DNA from: Podarcis gaigeae
Lineage: Eukaryota
Assembly (NCBI GenBank): GCA_964106915.2
Contig: OZ066918.1
Length of the DNA: 64,000 nucleotides
Strand: one strand, 5' to 3'
Numbering within the stretch: the first letter of the stretch is position 1; the number at the start of each line of letters is the position of its first letter. The notes below the pieces were generated by a model. It did no database searches. It was given only the letters and a program-made list of their open reading frames with translations, and was not told the origin of the DNA. Of this stretch, positions 34,015 through 45,260 are shown piece after piece. Made by a program: the position numbers and the translations under genes.

Positions 34015-34635
34015 CTGCACAGAGAGGGAAACAGAAAGAGAGACAGAGAGAAGGAAAGAGAAAGACAAGGCAAGAGTTAGTGGCGGTTGGCAAAGAAGGA
34101 GGTCTTCAGGGGCTAAACCAAATGTTTGCTGCCTGACAAGGGCCTGGTAACCCTACCTACAGAGTAAAAGCAACATACCGAGGAAAGCAACAGGTGTTGG
34201 GGGGGGTAAGCACCCATTTCCACAAGTCCCTACAAATCGCACTCTTTGCCCACTGCTTTGCAGCTGTTCAGCAACTATTATGCTTTTCCAGACCCATGCC
34301 TGATGCCAGATGCCTTATTTGGCCCGAAGGTATACTTTACCGCTTCTCCTCCCTTGCTCAGGCATCCTAACACGGCATACAAAGCAGGCGCTACAGTGGC
34401 CCCCACCCCATGCCATTTTCTCATTGGCCAACGTACAGAGATCATGATTCCAAGCTCGGGACCTCACTGGCTTCACTGCTTTCCCTTGCTCCTTCCCTTC
34501 TTGGGATTATGAAATAAAGAAATCCCAGCCTCCGGTAAACTTTCCACTGCTCGGGTGGCTTCAAGGGAGGGCTCAGCCCCTGTGGGGAGCGCCTTTCTCT
34601 CTCCCTCCCTCTGCTCTGCCAAAGCCATCACTCAC

Positions 34636-34779
34636 CAACGCAAGCTGTGCCGTCCTCGTTGGGCTCAAAGCCGCGATTGCAGCGCTTGTTGCTGCGGCAA
34701 CGGTACCCGCCATATGTGTTGATGCAGATGGGCCTGCCCCTGGGGCAGACAAAGGGGAATTCTGCACACTCATCCATAT
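34636..34779 (-). CDS. CRTAC1: CRTAC1 exon 14, calcium-binding EGF domain 1 (DMDECAEFPFVCPRGRPICINTYGGYRCRSNKRCNRGFEPNEDGTACV)
   Basis: ttctcag / gtgagt, 144 nt, phase 1-1. Confidence 0.95.
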
Positions 34780-35047
34780 CTGAGAAAAGGGGGCAGAGGG
34801 CGGGTGGAGGGAGGGAGGGGGTAAAGAGAGAGAAAGAGTGTGTGACGGAGGCCCAGGACAGGACAGAATCTAACAACAGCCTCTTAACACCACGGTTGGG
34901 CTGTTGCTTTATCCCCAGAGACTACCGCTGTGTGGCTGTGGACGGCTGCCACAAAGAGCCCGCCTTGTGCCCCATTGAGCCCAGTTGTGGGTAGAGGAAA
35001 TTGCACCTGAGCACCATTCACTGAGCTGCCCCTTGCAGGTGACTCAC

Positions 35048-35090
35048 CAACACATCGCCCATTCTCATGCTGAGAGAAGCCTTGGCCACA
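35048..35090 (-). CDS. CRTAC1: CRTAC1 exon 13 (CGQGFSQHENGRCV)
   Basis: ctgcag / gtgagt, 43 nt; matches recalled human CGQGFSQQENGHCM. Confidence 0.93.
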
Positions 35091-37544
35091 CTGCAGGAGA
35101 AAGAGAGAAATGTGTTATCTGTGTGCTGCCTAATTGCCTCCCAGCCTCGGCTCCCTCTCTGCCTTGCCTCCATCAAGATGCTATTTCCATGCTATTTCCA
35201 GGAAATCGGGGGGTTTGTGTGGCTGCCTCAGACCATATAGCAGCTAATGTGGTAGCTCTCAGCCCTTGAGTCTCTTTTTGTTATCATCTCAGTTCTGAAA
35301 AGGTATATGGAAAGTTTCTGCTCAACACTTTAAAACAGCAGGTGAACCTAGGTTGGGCTTTCACAGCTGGCAGGAGATGAGATGAGTTCCTCAATCATTC
35401 CCCAAGGTCTCAATTGCCTTGTGCGCCTATTTCTTCACCTCTGAGTGTTTTGCAATGGGCAAATTCACTGTCCTGCAATCTGGGCAGCAAAGAAGGAAAG
35501 GGTCGGTTACATGCTGTTCTAGACTTCTTAAGATCTGTGACGAAGGGGTTGACATATTTTGCTGCGACTCCACATCTCTCCAGTATTTATAACAGTTCTG
35601 TGTAGCAGTGGGAGTAATGCTACAGCCAGACTACCCAAACCCAGACTCTGCGATTCACATATGGAACCCGTTGGGACACGTGGCCTTCCCACTTCACTTC
35701 AATGGAAGGGGAAATCCATATGTACAAATGGGTTCACATTCAGAGCCGCTTCCTCTAAAAAAGAAAATGGGGCATCCTTTGCAAGTGATTTCCTATAATG
35801 CACAGTAAAGGACCCACGTCAGATTTCTGGATAGTGGGCTTCTTTGGGAGGATGGGCAGGAGCGAGTCTTGATCATTTCCATTGTGTAGATGCAGGTCCT
35901 CTTAACATCTAGTAAATCTGCCACTGAACATGGAGAATTCACAACTCAGCATCCACCAAACAGAGAGGTTATCTAACCTACATAGCTTGCCCTCATCTGG
36001 CTGCCCATCCACCAGAACATGACTGGTCCAACTATCTGATGATGGTGTACAAATTCATATCCAGACTTCTTCAAAGCAAGTGAATATTCAGGTTCTCTCT
36101 GCAAATTTCAGCAGCCTTTATTGGTCAACTTGACAGATGGCAGCAGAGGAAGCAGAGCAGGGGAAAGGACAAAGTCTGCTCTGGACCACTTCATCAGGAA
36201 TAACTCCAGCAATTCCTGCTGCAGCCAGAGCTGAAGAAGTCGTGTTGCAGAACTTTTTGGCACGGACTGTCTAGCCATTCTGTGCCTCCTTCCGCTGCAA
36301 CTCTAGTGTTGAAATTCACTGAGCTGACGGAAGCACATTTTGTAGAAACGTCATTTCAGTTATTATCTGTCTAGCACACCAAGGCCCCTTCGGCTGGTTT
36401 ATAGCCTCCCTGATCACTTGAACTGTTGCTGCCACAAATCAGGGAGCTCCAAAACAGACCACTCAAAGGGAACAGACTCAAATAACTGATGTTATTAGTG
36501 GCATTTGTATGCCACCGCATAACACAGGAGTAGGGAATTAGGCCAGCTGATCAGCCTGAAGGAGTCCTCTAATCAAAGGTCTGGTTGGTCCAAGTCCAGT
36601 TTATATATTTCTGTTTAAATGATAGCAATTTTCAATTTGCATCTATATATATAACCTGACATTTGCAAAGGTTATGCCAACTTGTGTCCTCTTTTTTGGG
36701 GGGGGGGGTATGTGAAAGTGGACACCCTCCTGGGAAGGGCAAGTAACCACCAAGTTTGTCCATTAAAAGAAAATGACATTTGAAAAAGAGAGAAAACCTT
36801 GCCCAATAGCAGCATGTGAGATTGTCCTTTTCTTTCAGTCCCCAAATATAACTTTTTCTGCAAATCTAGTGCCCCCTCCAACTACTTGGAAGTCACTGTC
36901 TTAATTTTGGGTGGCCCCATTTTGCTTGGCAGGCACTCAACCACCACAGTTCACTCTTAAGAAGGGAGAAGAGGCCCCTACAAAAATATTGCAGTGCATC
37001 TTCTTTCAGCATGCTATAAGTCACAAGCAGCTGAAGCAAGTCACTCTCTCCCATTTTCTGTTGTTTTTTTTATATGACACTCTGCGAACCGCAAATCTTA
37101 GAGACCAGTGAACACACTTAGCCTTCACTTTCTTTTAAGAGACAGGGAATTGCCCTTTTTTGATATTTTATTTTTAGATTTATTTATTTATTTGCACTTC
37201 TGCGAAGCTCAGGATTCCCCTTTGCCTGCTGAGACACCCTCAGTGGCTCTTTTGATGTCCATTTCTTTCAACAAGGGGGCACTGAATTTGTTGCTGGAGG
37301 GAGTCCCTATTACGAGGATTCTTGACATGCCTTATTGCGGGAAACAAAGCTTAGGTTTGCAATTTGCCTTTCTAAGGGGACAGAAATAATACCTCTGTCA
37401 GCACAGAGCCTCCAACAGGATCTTGCATGGCCCTTTTTCTCAGTGAGATGAGAAAACGGAAAAATGTTCCAAAGAGGAAAGGGTGAAATTGAGGAGGTCC
37501 CCATTCTAAGTAAGATGCACATGGCTGGCAAAGGCAGGGCTCAC

Positions 37545-37693
37545 CTCCAGAGGCAGAATGGTAAGGGGTGATCCCGGAGTGTCCTGGGGATAGGGGATCT
37601 CCAGCACCGAATTGATCTCGCTGCTTGCTATCGACCGGCTGATCACCCGGCCATCTGGCCAAGTCACCTCCAGGCTGCTAGGCTCATCCTGTC
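37545..37693 (-). CDS. CRTAC1: CRTAC1 exon 12 (QDEPSSLEVTWPDG...ILPLE; UnbV/ASPIC region)
   Basis: ctgtag / gtgagc, 149 nt. Confidence 0.93.
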
Positions 37694-37736
37694 CTACAGG
37701 GAAGAAAAGCAAGGAAGGGTTGAGCCCGGGAGAGAT

Positions 37737-37764
37737 AAACAAACAAACAAACAAACAAACAAAC
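37737..37764. repeat. (AAAC)n microsatellite
   Basis: Direct reading. Confidence 0.9.
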
Positions 37765-38241
37765 CTGCAGCCCACCCAGGGATCTGAATTGCTCTGTAGA
37801 ACCATCTTCCTCTCATGCGGTGGTCTGTGCTTTCCTTTCCCTCTTCCCCCTTTCAACCATTTCTTCCTGCAGAGATGAAAGAACTTGGGATGTGATGAGG
37901 GTCATGTCCTTCCATCAAGCACTCTGAGCCAACACTAGCATGGCTCTTGGGCACAAGGCCAGCTGTGAGCAGGGATGTGGGGCATTGTGGGGCACGAGCC
38001 CTCTGACTTCCCGTGCCACTTGGCTTCTCAACTCACAGCGTGGTCTAACCCGGCCAGGCCCCACTAAGCTGGGCCACCTCGGGGCTGTGGAAGAGTAATG
38101 AGGTGTGGAGACATGCCGTCCCTTCTGCAGGAACAGCTGGAGGGGGCAGGCAGGGGCCTCGCTGCAACGCACGTCCGCTCTGCTTTTTAGGACGGCAAGA
38201 TCCTGCCACTTGCTTTTTAAATGAGGACAGGAAGCAGACTT

Positions 38242-38402
38242 NNNNNNNNNNNNNNNNNNNNNNNNNNNNNNNNNNNNNNNNNNNNNNNNNNNNNNNNNNN
38301 NNNNNNNNNNNNNNNNNNNNNNNNNNNNNNNNNNNNNNNNNNNNNNNNNNNNNNNNNNNNNNNNNNNNNNNNNNNNNNNNNNNNNNNNNNNNNNNNNNNN
38401 NN
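38242..38402. other. Assembly gap (161 N) in CRTAC1 intron 11
   Basis: Run of N; exon phases either side are continuous, so no constitutive exon is missing. Confidence 0.98.
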
Positions 38403-38621
38403 CCCGCTTTATCACTAGCCGAAGGAGTCTCAAAGCGGCTAACATTCTCCTTTCCCTTCCTCCCCCACAACAAACACTCTGTAAGGTGAGTGGGGCTGAG
38501 AGACATCAAAGAATTGTGACTAGCCCAGGGTCACCCAGCAGCTGCATGTGGAGGAGCAGAGACGCAAACCCGGTTTACCAGATTATGAGTCTACTGCTTT
38601 TGACCACTACACCACACTGGC
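38403..38621 (-). mobile_element. tRNA-derived SINE (MIR/L2-tail type)
   Basis: Minus strand starts AGCCAGTGTGGTGTAGTGGTCAAAAGCAGTAGACTC (A-box) and has a CORE-like gctgggtgaccctgggctagtcac; the tail runs into the gap. Confidence 0.7.
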
Positions 38622-38949
38622 TGCACACTGGGGATAGGTAGGTTTCACCAAATCTACACTGTTTTTCAGCAACATTAGCAGACTCAAAGATGGGGCATTA
38701 TGCCTAGAGGCAGAGGTTTCAGACTGAAGGGAGTTTGTTAGAGGAAGGACAGAAACAAATGTCTGCAAAGCTTGCAATGTGTTCTGGTAGCGCAGGGCAG
38801 GTATTATCAGGGATGAGCGGCAGACGGGATCCAGGAAGCTCAGAAGCATCATTGGGATGGCCGTGAAGATGGACAGGACGAGAAGAGATCTGGGAGGGCA
38901 CACACCCCGCTCAGGCTCCAAGCCCTGCTTCCAACTCCTCCGCACTCAC

Positions 38950-39118
38950 CCAAGCCGAAATGGGCAACGGGCTCCATCTCGCACAAGTACCCAGACCCTC
39001 CGTCAATGATACGCAGATGGGCACCACTCTGACGTGTGAAGAGAACCACCTTGGCACCACGAGCAAATGCCCCGAAGCGCGTACGTGGGATCACTCGCAG
39101 CCAGTTGTTGCCAGCGCC
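38950..39118 (-). CDS. CRTAC1: CRTAC1 exon 11 (GAGNNWLRVIPRTRFGAFARGAKV...GGSGYLCEMEPVAHFGL)
   Basis: ccacag / gtgagt, 169 nt; ASPIC/UnbV motif. Confidence 0.96.
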
Positions 39119-39247
39119 CTGTGGAGATGGACAGACAGACTAAGCCAAGGAATGGGCAGGCACGGAAGGGAGGAAGGAGTGGACCATGCTTGCTCAGATG
39201 TGGGCTGGGATCTGAGCGCATTGTGAGGAGCACCTCTCAGCACCCAC

Positions 39248-39348
39248 CTCGTTGACCTTGAAGACTGAAAGCGGCTGGGCCATGGACTCTCCATGTGACA
39301 GGATCAGGTCCAGCCTTCCATCGCCATCAAAATCCACCACTGCCCCCC
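39248..39348 (-). CDS. CRTAC1: CRTAC1 exon 10 (GGAVVDFDGDGRLDLILSHGESMAQPLSVFKVNE)
   Basis: ttccag / gtgggt, 101 nt; FG-GAP calcium loop DFDGDG. Confidence 0.96.
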
Positions 39349-40127
39349 CTGGAATGACACAACGTCCATAAGCAAAGGTCTTGTTTAGTACCCATAGGAC
39401 CATATTCCCCTTCCACAAGCATGGCTGGAATAAGAACCAGTAGGAGAGTCAAGGAATACATCTCTGCCCCATGGTTCCACCCAAATTGCCTCCACTGACA
39501 CTGACCATCCATGTGTCTGTTCACCCCAGAAACTGTTTCTGTTCCTGGTGCCAAATGCTTTGTAAATGGCAACATCATTTCTGCGAATGTTACTCAAGAT
39601 TTCAGTGTCTTGGTGGTGGGTGGGAATTCCACACAGCCAACCCCTGGATCTTAATTTAATTGTCATGAAGTAAGATTCTGGCCTGGCTTGGTTTCACCCT
39701 TTAGTGGGGTAGGAGTCATCTTGCTTCTTCTTGATGGAGGCACACTTTAATTATTTTTATTTTTATGCTATGAATTCTTTCTGCTTGGTAAGTTGTTTTG
39801 TATTTTAATATTTTGAAGGTCACTTAGAGATGTTTCACAAAAAGTGCTGAAATTTATTATTATTATTATAAATAATAATAATACTTTGTTTTCATGCTTT
39901 GCTCTAAGAGTTGGCCAAGCATGTGTGACCAGATTACAGACCTTTTGGCTTGGGGCAAGAGGATATTTTGTCCCTCTCCCCTCCACCCACCAAATCATAA
40001 AGTTCTGATCTTTTCATGGGATACCGAAGCCCCCAGCTCTGCCAATCCTCTCCCGTCTCTTCTGAGTGCCTGCTGTCTCTGCAGTGAGAAGATGCTCCCT
40101 GCATCCATCCCCATGCTGATAATCCCT

Positions 40128-40224
40128 GCTGTACGCCAGCTCCCTTGGCCAATAAAGCGAGATGAGCGCCGCAACCCCAGAGTCGTCCATGACTGGACCT
40201 AATGGTCAGGAGTCCCTTTACCTT
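40128..40224 (+). mobile_element. Sauria SINE 3' fragment
   Basis: Reverse complement of about 10465-10560; ends CCCTTTACCTT. Confidence 0.85.
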
Positions 40225-40378
40225 ATTTATATGCAGGGTGGAATATAAATACGAATTTTGGAACAAGCCCCCACCCCAGGCCGTCTGGTAGCTAGAGTAA
40301 CCCCTCTGTTCACTAAGCCCACTCCTGCTAAGCGAAGCCACCTGATCATGTTCCACAAGAGACATTGGGGAGACCCAC

Positions 40379-40461
40379 CTGTGCCACGCCCCTCGGGTTC
40401 CACGGCATCACCAGGATTCAGTTCCTCGATGGCCGGGTCAGCATGCTCTCGGCGGACCACC
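40379..40461 (-). CDS. CRTAC1: CRTAC1 exon 9 (VVRREHADPAIEELNPGDAVEPEGRGT)
   Basis: ccacag / gtgggt, 83 nt. Confidence 0.95.
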
Positions 40462-41133
40462 CTGTGGCAGAAGGGGAGTGTGCCAGTGCAGAGAAGATGC
40501 TCTTCCCTCCCACAAAAGGGCAGTCAAGCCTACCACCACTACTCCTGAGTGGGCACCACCCTTTGCCCACACACTCTCTTGCCAAATCCTTATCTTCCCA
40601 GAAAGGGGCCCTGCCCACTTGCATAGCAACAGGTTTCCGCACGGACTGCCCAGATTTGCCACATGCTGCTGCTATCACTTTATTAGCCTGAGAAATGTAA
40701 GCGGCTCTGTTTAACGAGCCATTGATTGCCTACAATTAATGGGAACCGTGCATAAGTGCTAATTAGTGAAAGCCAGAACCTCCAGGGATGTGGTCTAGGC
40801 GGAACAGAACTGCTGTATTAGTAGCGGTGTAGGAAGGAGCTCAGTCACAGCTCTGTCAGCTGACCGGAGGGAGGGCAGAGCAGGATAGAACACACCCTCC
40901 TGTGGGTTACGGCAGTGGGGGAACTAAAAGGCGCTAGATTCTGGGTGCAGAATCCAGCCCTCCCCCCCTCCCTCTCCCCATGTTCTCAAGTTCTGCATGC
41001 AGGACTTCCTAAGGACACAGCGGGTTCACCACAGACTCTGGTGCGGGGGTCGCCCTCCCTGCAGTGCCCGGGAGCCTGGGAAGATGGGGAGCCCACTGCC
41101 CCAGCCTCTGGTGGCCACGTGGCTCTCACCCAC

Positions 41134-41270
41134 CGGAAGAGGCGGTTGGCGGATGAGCCGCGATAGGCGATGTTGTTGAAGAAGACCTCCAACTCCTGGT
41201 CATTGTCAAAGTCAGCAGCGATGACGGTGCGGACGGGTGATGGCATGGACAGTTTGGGCGTGGCAATGTC
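41134..41270 (-). CDS. CRTAC1: CRTAC1 exon 8 (DIATPKLSMPSPVRTVIAADFDNDQELEVFFNNIAYRGSSANRLFR)
   Basis: ccccag / gtgggt, 137 nt. Confidence 0.96.
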
Positions 41271-42185
41271 CTGGGGGAAGGACGGGGGTTAGTGGGGCAG
41301 GGCTTGGGCTGGAGCAGGGCCAAGAGGAAGCTCAGGTCTAAGGAGGGGAGGGGTCAGGAGGCATCGTGGCTGGCAGGGCCAGAATACAGGGGAGCTGTGG
41401 AGTGGAGAGGGGAGCAGAGCTGGAGGAGCTGGGCACAGCGCAGAGACTGCAGTCTCCTGCAAGGCAGCAGCTGGGGAAGGAACCAAGGAGAGGAAAAGGC
41501 TGCCTGGTCGACACGGCGGGAAGAAGCAACGGTGCGGAGCCGCGGGTCTAAAAGACGAGGCAACCCTTTAAAAACAAGGAACATCTGGCGGCCCAGCTGG
41601 GGGCAAAGGCAGCAGTCTCCTTGGTGATCTGCAGTTCTGCTCTGGCTTTCCAGAATGCGGGGGGGGGGGGGGGGGAATAAAGCACAGAGGGAGCGCCGAG
41701 TGGTGGTGGCAGTGGGGATCCCTGCCTGCTCCAGCCCAGCCTTCGCACATTGAGCAGGAAGGGTCTGAAGGGGAAGGGTTCGCATATTCAGCTGAGCGCA
41801 CTTGGAAGTGTGCCCGCAACTGGGAACTCTCAGTTGCACAACGTTCCTGATCCTAAGCGCATCCAGCTGAACACACAAAGACTCCTCCTCCAGAACCTCA
41901 GGAGTCAATGCATGAAAGCTGGCAAGTGTTTGTGGAGCGGGGGGCGGGGGGGGGGAGCTAGGAGTGTGGCTGGCTCACATGGCCTTGCACAAAAACACCC
42001 CCCCCACACACTGTATCTTTCCCCAACACCAAGCGTTCACTGAATGCCTGAGTAAGGCTTCTCTGTTCCACTCTTTCTTAGGGACTTCCAAGGACTGGAC
42101 TCTCCCTCCATGATCCCACCACTTCCCTGCTCACAGCCCAGGCCTTTCACCATTTTGGGACCTCCCTCTTCCACGTGACACTTAC

Positions 42186-42325
42186 TCGGAAGCGCCCACC
42201 TGCGCTCATCTGCAGGTAGAGCCGGTGAGGTCCGTTCCAGTTACCGTAGATCAGGTCCACTTTGCCGTCGCGGTTGAAGTCGGCCAGCGCCACGCCGCGC
42301 CCGTGCTGGTAGGGGTCATCCAGGC
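42186..42325 (-). CDS. CRTAC1: CRTAC1 exon 7 (LDDPYQHGRGVALADFNRDGKVDLIYGNWNGPHRLYLQMSAGGRFR)
   Basis: cccacag / gtaagt, 140 nt; not in the ORF track. Confidence 0.95.
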
Positions 42326-42935
42326 CTGTGGGAGGCGGCAGAGGAAGTCAGCAGGGCTGAGAGTCCCCTGAAGGCAAAAGGACGCTGTGGACTCAACTGA
42401 GCCTTCCCTTCTGCTCCTGCCTTAGAGGTTGAGCAGCTCAGAGGTTATGAGGCAGCACTTGCCCCAAGTGGCTCAAATTCAGCCTGTCAAGGATGGGACA
42501 GTGGGGGGCAGGCTACAGGGGGCAGAGGGTGGCTGGTGGAGCAGACAGTCCACAGGCAGGGGCCAGAGGACCTCTGCAGATTCCCATGGACACCTAACCC
42601 ATCTTTCCCGCCTCTCCCCGCAGGTCCCCCTACTCCTATTCTCTTGCTGACAAGGAAGGAGTGTTTCTAAAGGGAATAGGTGTCGTCAGCAGCACCACGG
42701 TGATGGATGCCACCCTGACACCTCGTTAAACTCCAGTGATCAGCCAGACACTCAATTACTGGTGGTGGCTGAGCCCTCAGGCACTCGTCATCACACACAC
42801 ACCGGCAGGCAAGGAGAGGGGCAGGGAAATGGCAGGACCCCACCAGGATGAAAGAGGGCCAAGCAGCTGCTCTGGTGAGTTCTGCCCCACAGCTAATGGC
42901 TTCCGATGACACCCTCACCCTTGCCACTCACTCAC

Positions 42936-43070
42936 CAGCAGAGGGCGCTACGTCTATGAAGGTACCATCACCCTGGTTCTTGAAGAGGAAGTTGGCTCCG
43001 TTCTCGTTGTCGCAAAATATGTCGGAGGCTGCTTCACTCAGGATGGGCCCCACAGCCAAGCCCCGGCCCC
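42936..43070 (-). CDS. CRTAC1: CRTAC1 exon 6 (GRGLAVGPILSEAASDIFCDNENGANFLFKNQGDGTFIDVAPSA)
   Basis: ttcccag / gtgagt, 135 nt. Confidence 0.95.
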
Positions 43071-43974
43071 CTGGGAAGAGGAACAGCAAAAACCAGAAGT
43101 TAGCACAATATGGGCATTACAGGTGGGACAGGTTCCCGTCGAGATCCACTTCTTGGTTCGCTCTCCTGCTCCCTTACACCTCTTTTCACAATTATTGAAC
43201 TTCACTTGAATGTTGGGGTTCAGTCTTCACCAGCAATGATCACCACAATTATTACAAAAATAGTCAGTGGCAGTTCACTGCCATAGAGACTGAGAGCAAG
43301 ACAAAAATGGCATATAGCTCAGCAACACTTCCCAGTTGCCAGGATTGAAGGTGCCTGCCTTCCACCCCTCCTAAGGCTTCTTCTCTCCAGGATGTTTCCT
43401 AGGCAGCCTCAAATTGTGTCTGTGCACCTCTGGTCTCTGTTCTGCCCTCCTTATTATCCTGCACATTCTTGGGGAGTGGGGGGGGATGGGAGCTTGTCGC
43501 AGCTGGAGAGGGAAACTCCCAGGATGCTTCAGTAGACTCTTGACCACCCTCCTCTGCTTCAGTCTTAGTCTGAATTGCTGCCTGTCACAGGTTCCTCCTG
43601 CTCACTAAACCCTGTTATCCCTTTAGTATCTAGCATCTCCTCCCAATTTCGCCCCTCTGATCTCACCTCAGTGTCCCACCACCAATGTCCTGGCTCTGAT
43701 CCTTCCCTCTCTGGGATTTCCAATGGGGGGGGGAGAGGTTTCCCAGCTGGTGTCTTCCACCACTCTTCACCACCTGACACCTCCCTATATTGGAGGCTTG
43801 GGCTTAGTTGGCCAAACTTGGCTTTTGACTGCTATTTTAGTTTTCCTAATATCCGGGATCTGTGTGTTTTTCCAACAATAGAACATCTGAGGCATCGTGG
43901 GAAAACAAAATGGTGGACGTATGTGGCTGTTGCTAGAGGAGCTCTGTCACTCTTTGTACTGCCCAGCCACGTAT

Positions 43975-44286
43975 AGGAACATAGGAAGCTACCTTATACT
44001 GGGCCAAACCACAGGCCTATCTAGCTCAGTATTTAGAGTCATAGAATCATAGAATGGTATAGTTCGAAGGGACCACAAGGGTCATCTAGTTAAACCCCCT
44101 GCAAAGCAGGAATCCTTTGCCCAACACTGGGTTCAAACCTACAACTCTGAGATTAAGAGTCTCATGCTCTACCAACTGAGTTCAGACAGGAAACTCTTTT
44201 CCCTTCCTAAAGATGCTGGGGGCTGAATCTAGAACTTTCTGCATGCAAAAAGCAGAAGCTCTACCATTGAGCTACAGCCTTTCCCC
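43975..44286 (-). mobile_element. Squam3-like SINE interrupted by a tRNA-Lys/CR1-tail SINE (about 44035-44180)
   Basis: Host tail at 43975-44031 and head at 44181-44286; the insert reads (minus) CTCAGTTGGTAGAGCATGAGACTCTTAATCTCAG...TTGGGCA plus a CR1 3' end with (ATTCTATG)n. Confidence 0.75.
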
Positions 44287-44331
44287 TTATGCTGGGCTAG
44301 CTCTTGGGAGAACAATACTTTGCCCTCATAC

Positions 44332-44488
44332 CTGTGAATTTGTTGACTCCGGCATCTGCCGCCACATCATTCAGTGCCACAATGCCATTCTCCAGGTCGC
44401 TGGCAGCTGTGTCCATCTCGATGAGGGCATGGGGCCCAACTCTCATACTGGCATAGTTAGCTATGTAGATGGAGTAGCGGCCAGAGCC
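44332..44488 (-). CDS. CRTAC1: CRTAC1 exon 5 (GSGRYSIYIANYASMRVGPHALIEMD...AGVNKFT)
   Basis: ctacag / gtatga, 157 nt. Confidence 0.96.
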
Positions 44489-45129
44489 CTGTAGGAAGGG
44501 ATGTGGGGGCAGGTGAGAGGCCTGAGTCTTCACTGGACTGGACCCCTCTCTTCCCAGCACGAGGACGGACGCAGAGGGTGCCATGCCCAGGGCCCTGACA
44601 GGGATGAGTCTATAAAGTAAAGCCAGGCACAGGCACCTGAGCAGAAGCGGCGTAGTCTAGCCATGGCCTCCCAAACAGGGGGTGCCATCCTTCATGCTCC
44701 CCTGTTTTGCCTCAGACATCTCTTCCAACCACTCCCTGTCCGTCCCCCCATTGTTTCCCTCATGGCACCCTGATTTAGCAATAATCGTTTGAAAATAAGC
44801 CACGCAAGGCAGAGGGAGAAGAAAGCACAGGTGACAGGGGCATAAATCACCTAGACAGGCTGTGTTTATCAGCAGCACGGCACCCGCCTGGCATGGCAGT
44901 CCCTGATGGGAGCCCTGACAGCTGTGAGGGAGGGGGAGGAGGAGGCAGAGCTCGGCCTTGAGAAGTTGGGTGGAGAGCAGGCCCCTCTAAGCCCATGTCC
45001 TCCCCTCCTCCATACAACTACACTGGTGCATCTTCGGCTCCCAGCTGGCCCCACCCCCCGTGGGCCTGACCCACAACCCTGAAATCACAGCCTCAAGCCA
45101 ACCCACCCCAAGCTGTTCCACACACTCAC

Positions 45130-45260
45130 CGTCCTGTCCACGCAGGCCACGGAGCGCCCAGCAAACCAGCTTGCCACACCCCGGTTCACCTCATCACTCA
45201 AGATGTCCTCCCAGCGCCCGTTCCGAAACTTGAACAGTTTGTCTGTATAGGTAGCTACAC
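45130..45260 (-). CDS. CRTAC1: CRTAC1 exon 4 (VATYTDKLFKFRNGRWEDILSDEVNRGVASWFAGRSVACVDRT)
   Basis: ttcccag / gtgagt, 131 nt. Confidence 0.96.

Noticed and set aside
37915-38509. ORFs of 128-176 aa spanning the N run
   Set aside because: Artefacts of translating the assembly gap.
44119-44180. tRNA-Lys(CUU) gene
   Set aside because: Lacks the 5' acceptor strand, has a mutated T-arm, and is fused to a CR1 tail; it is a SINE head.
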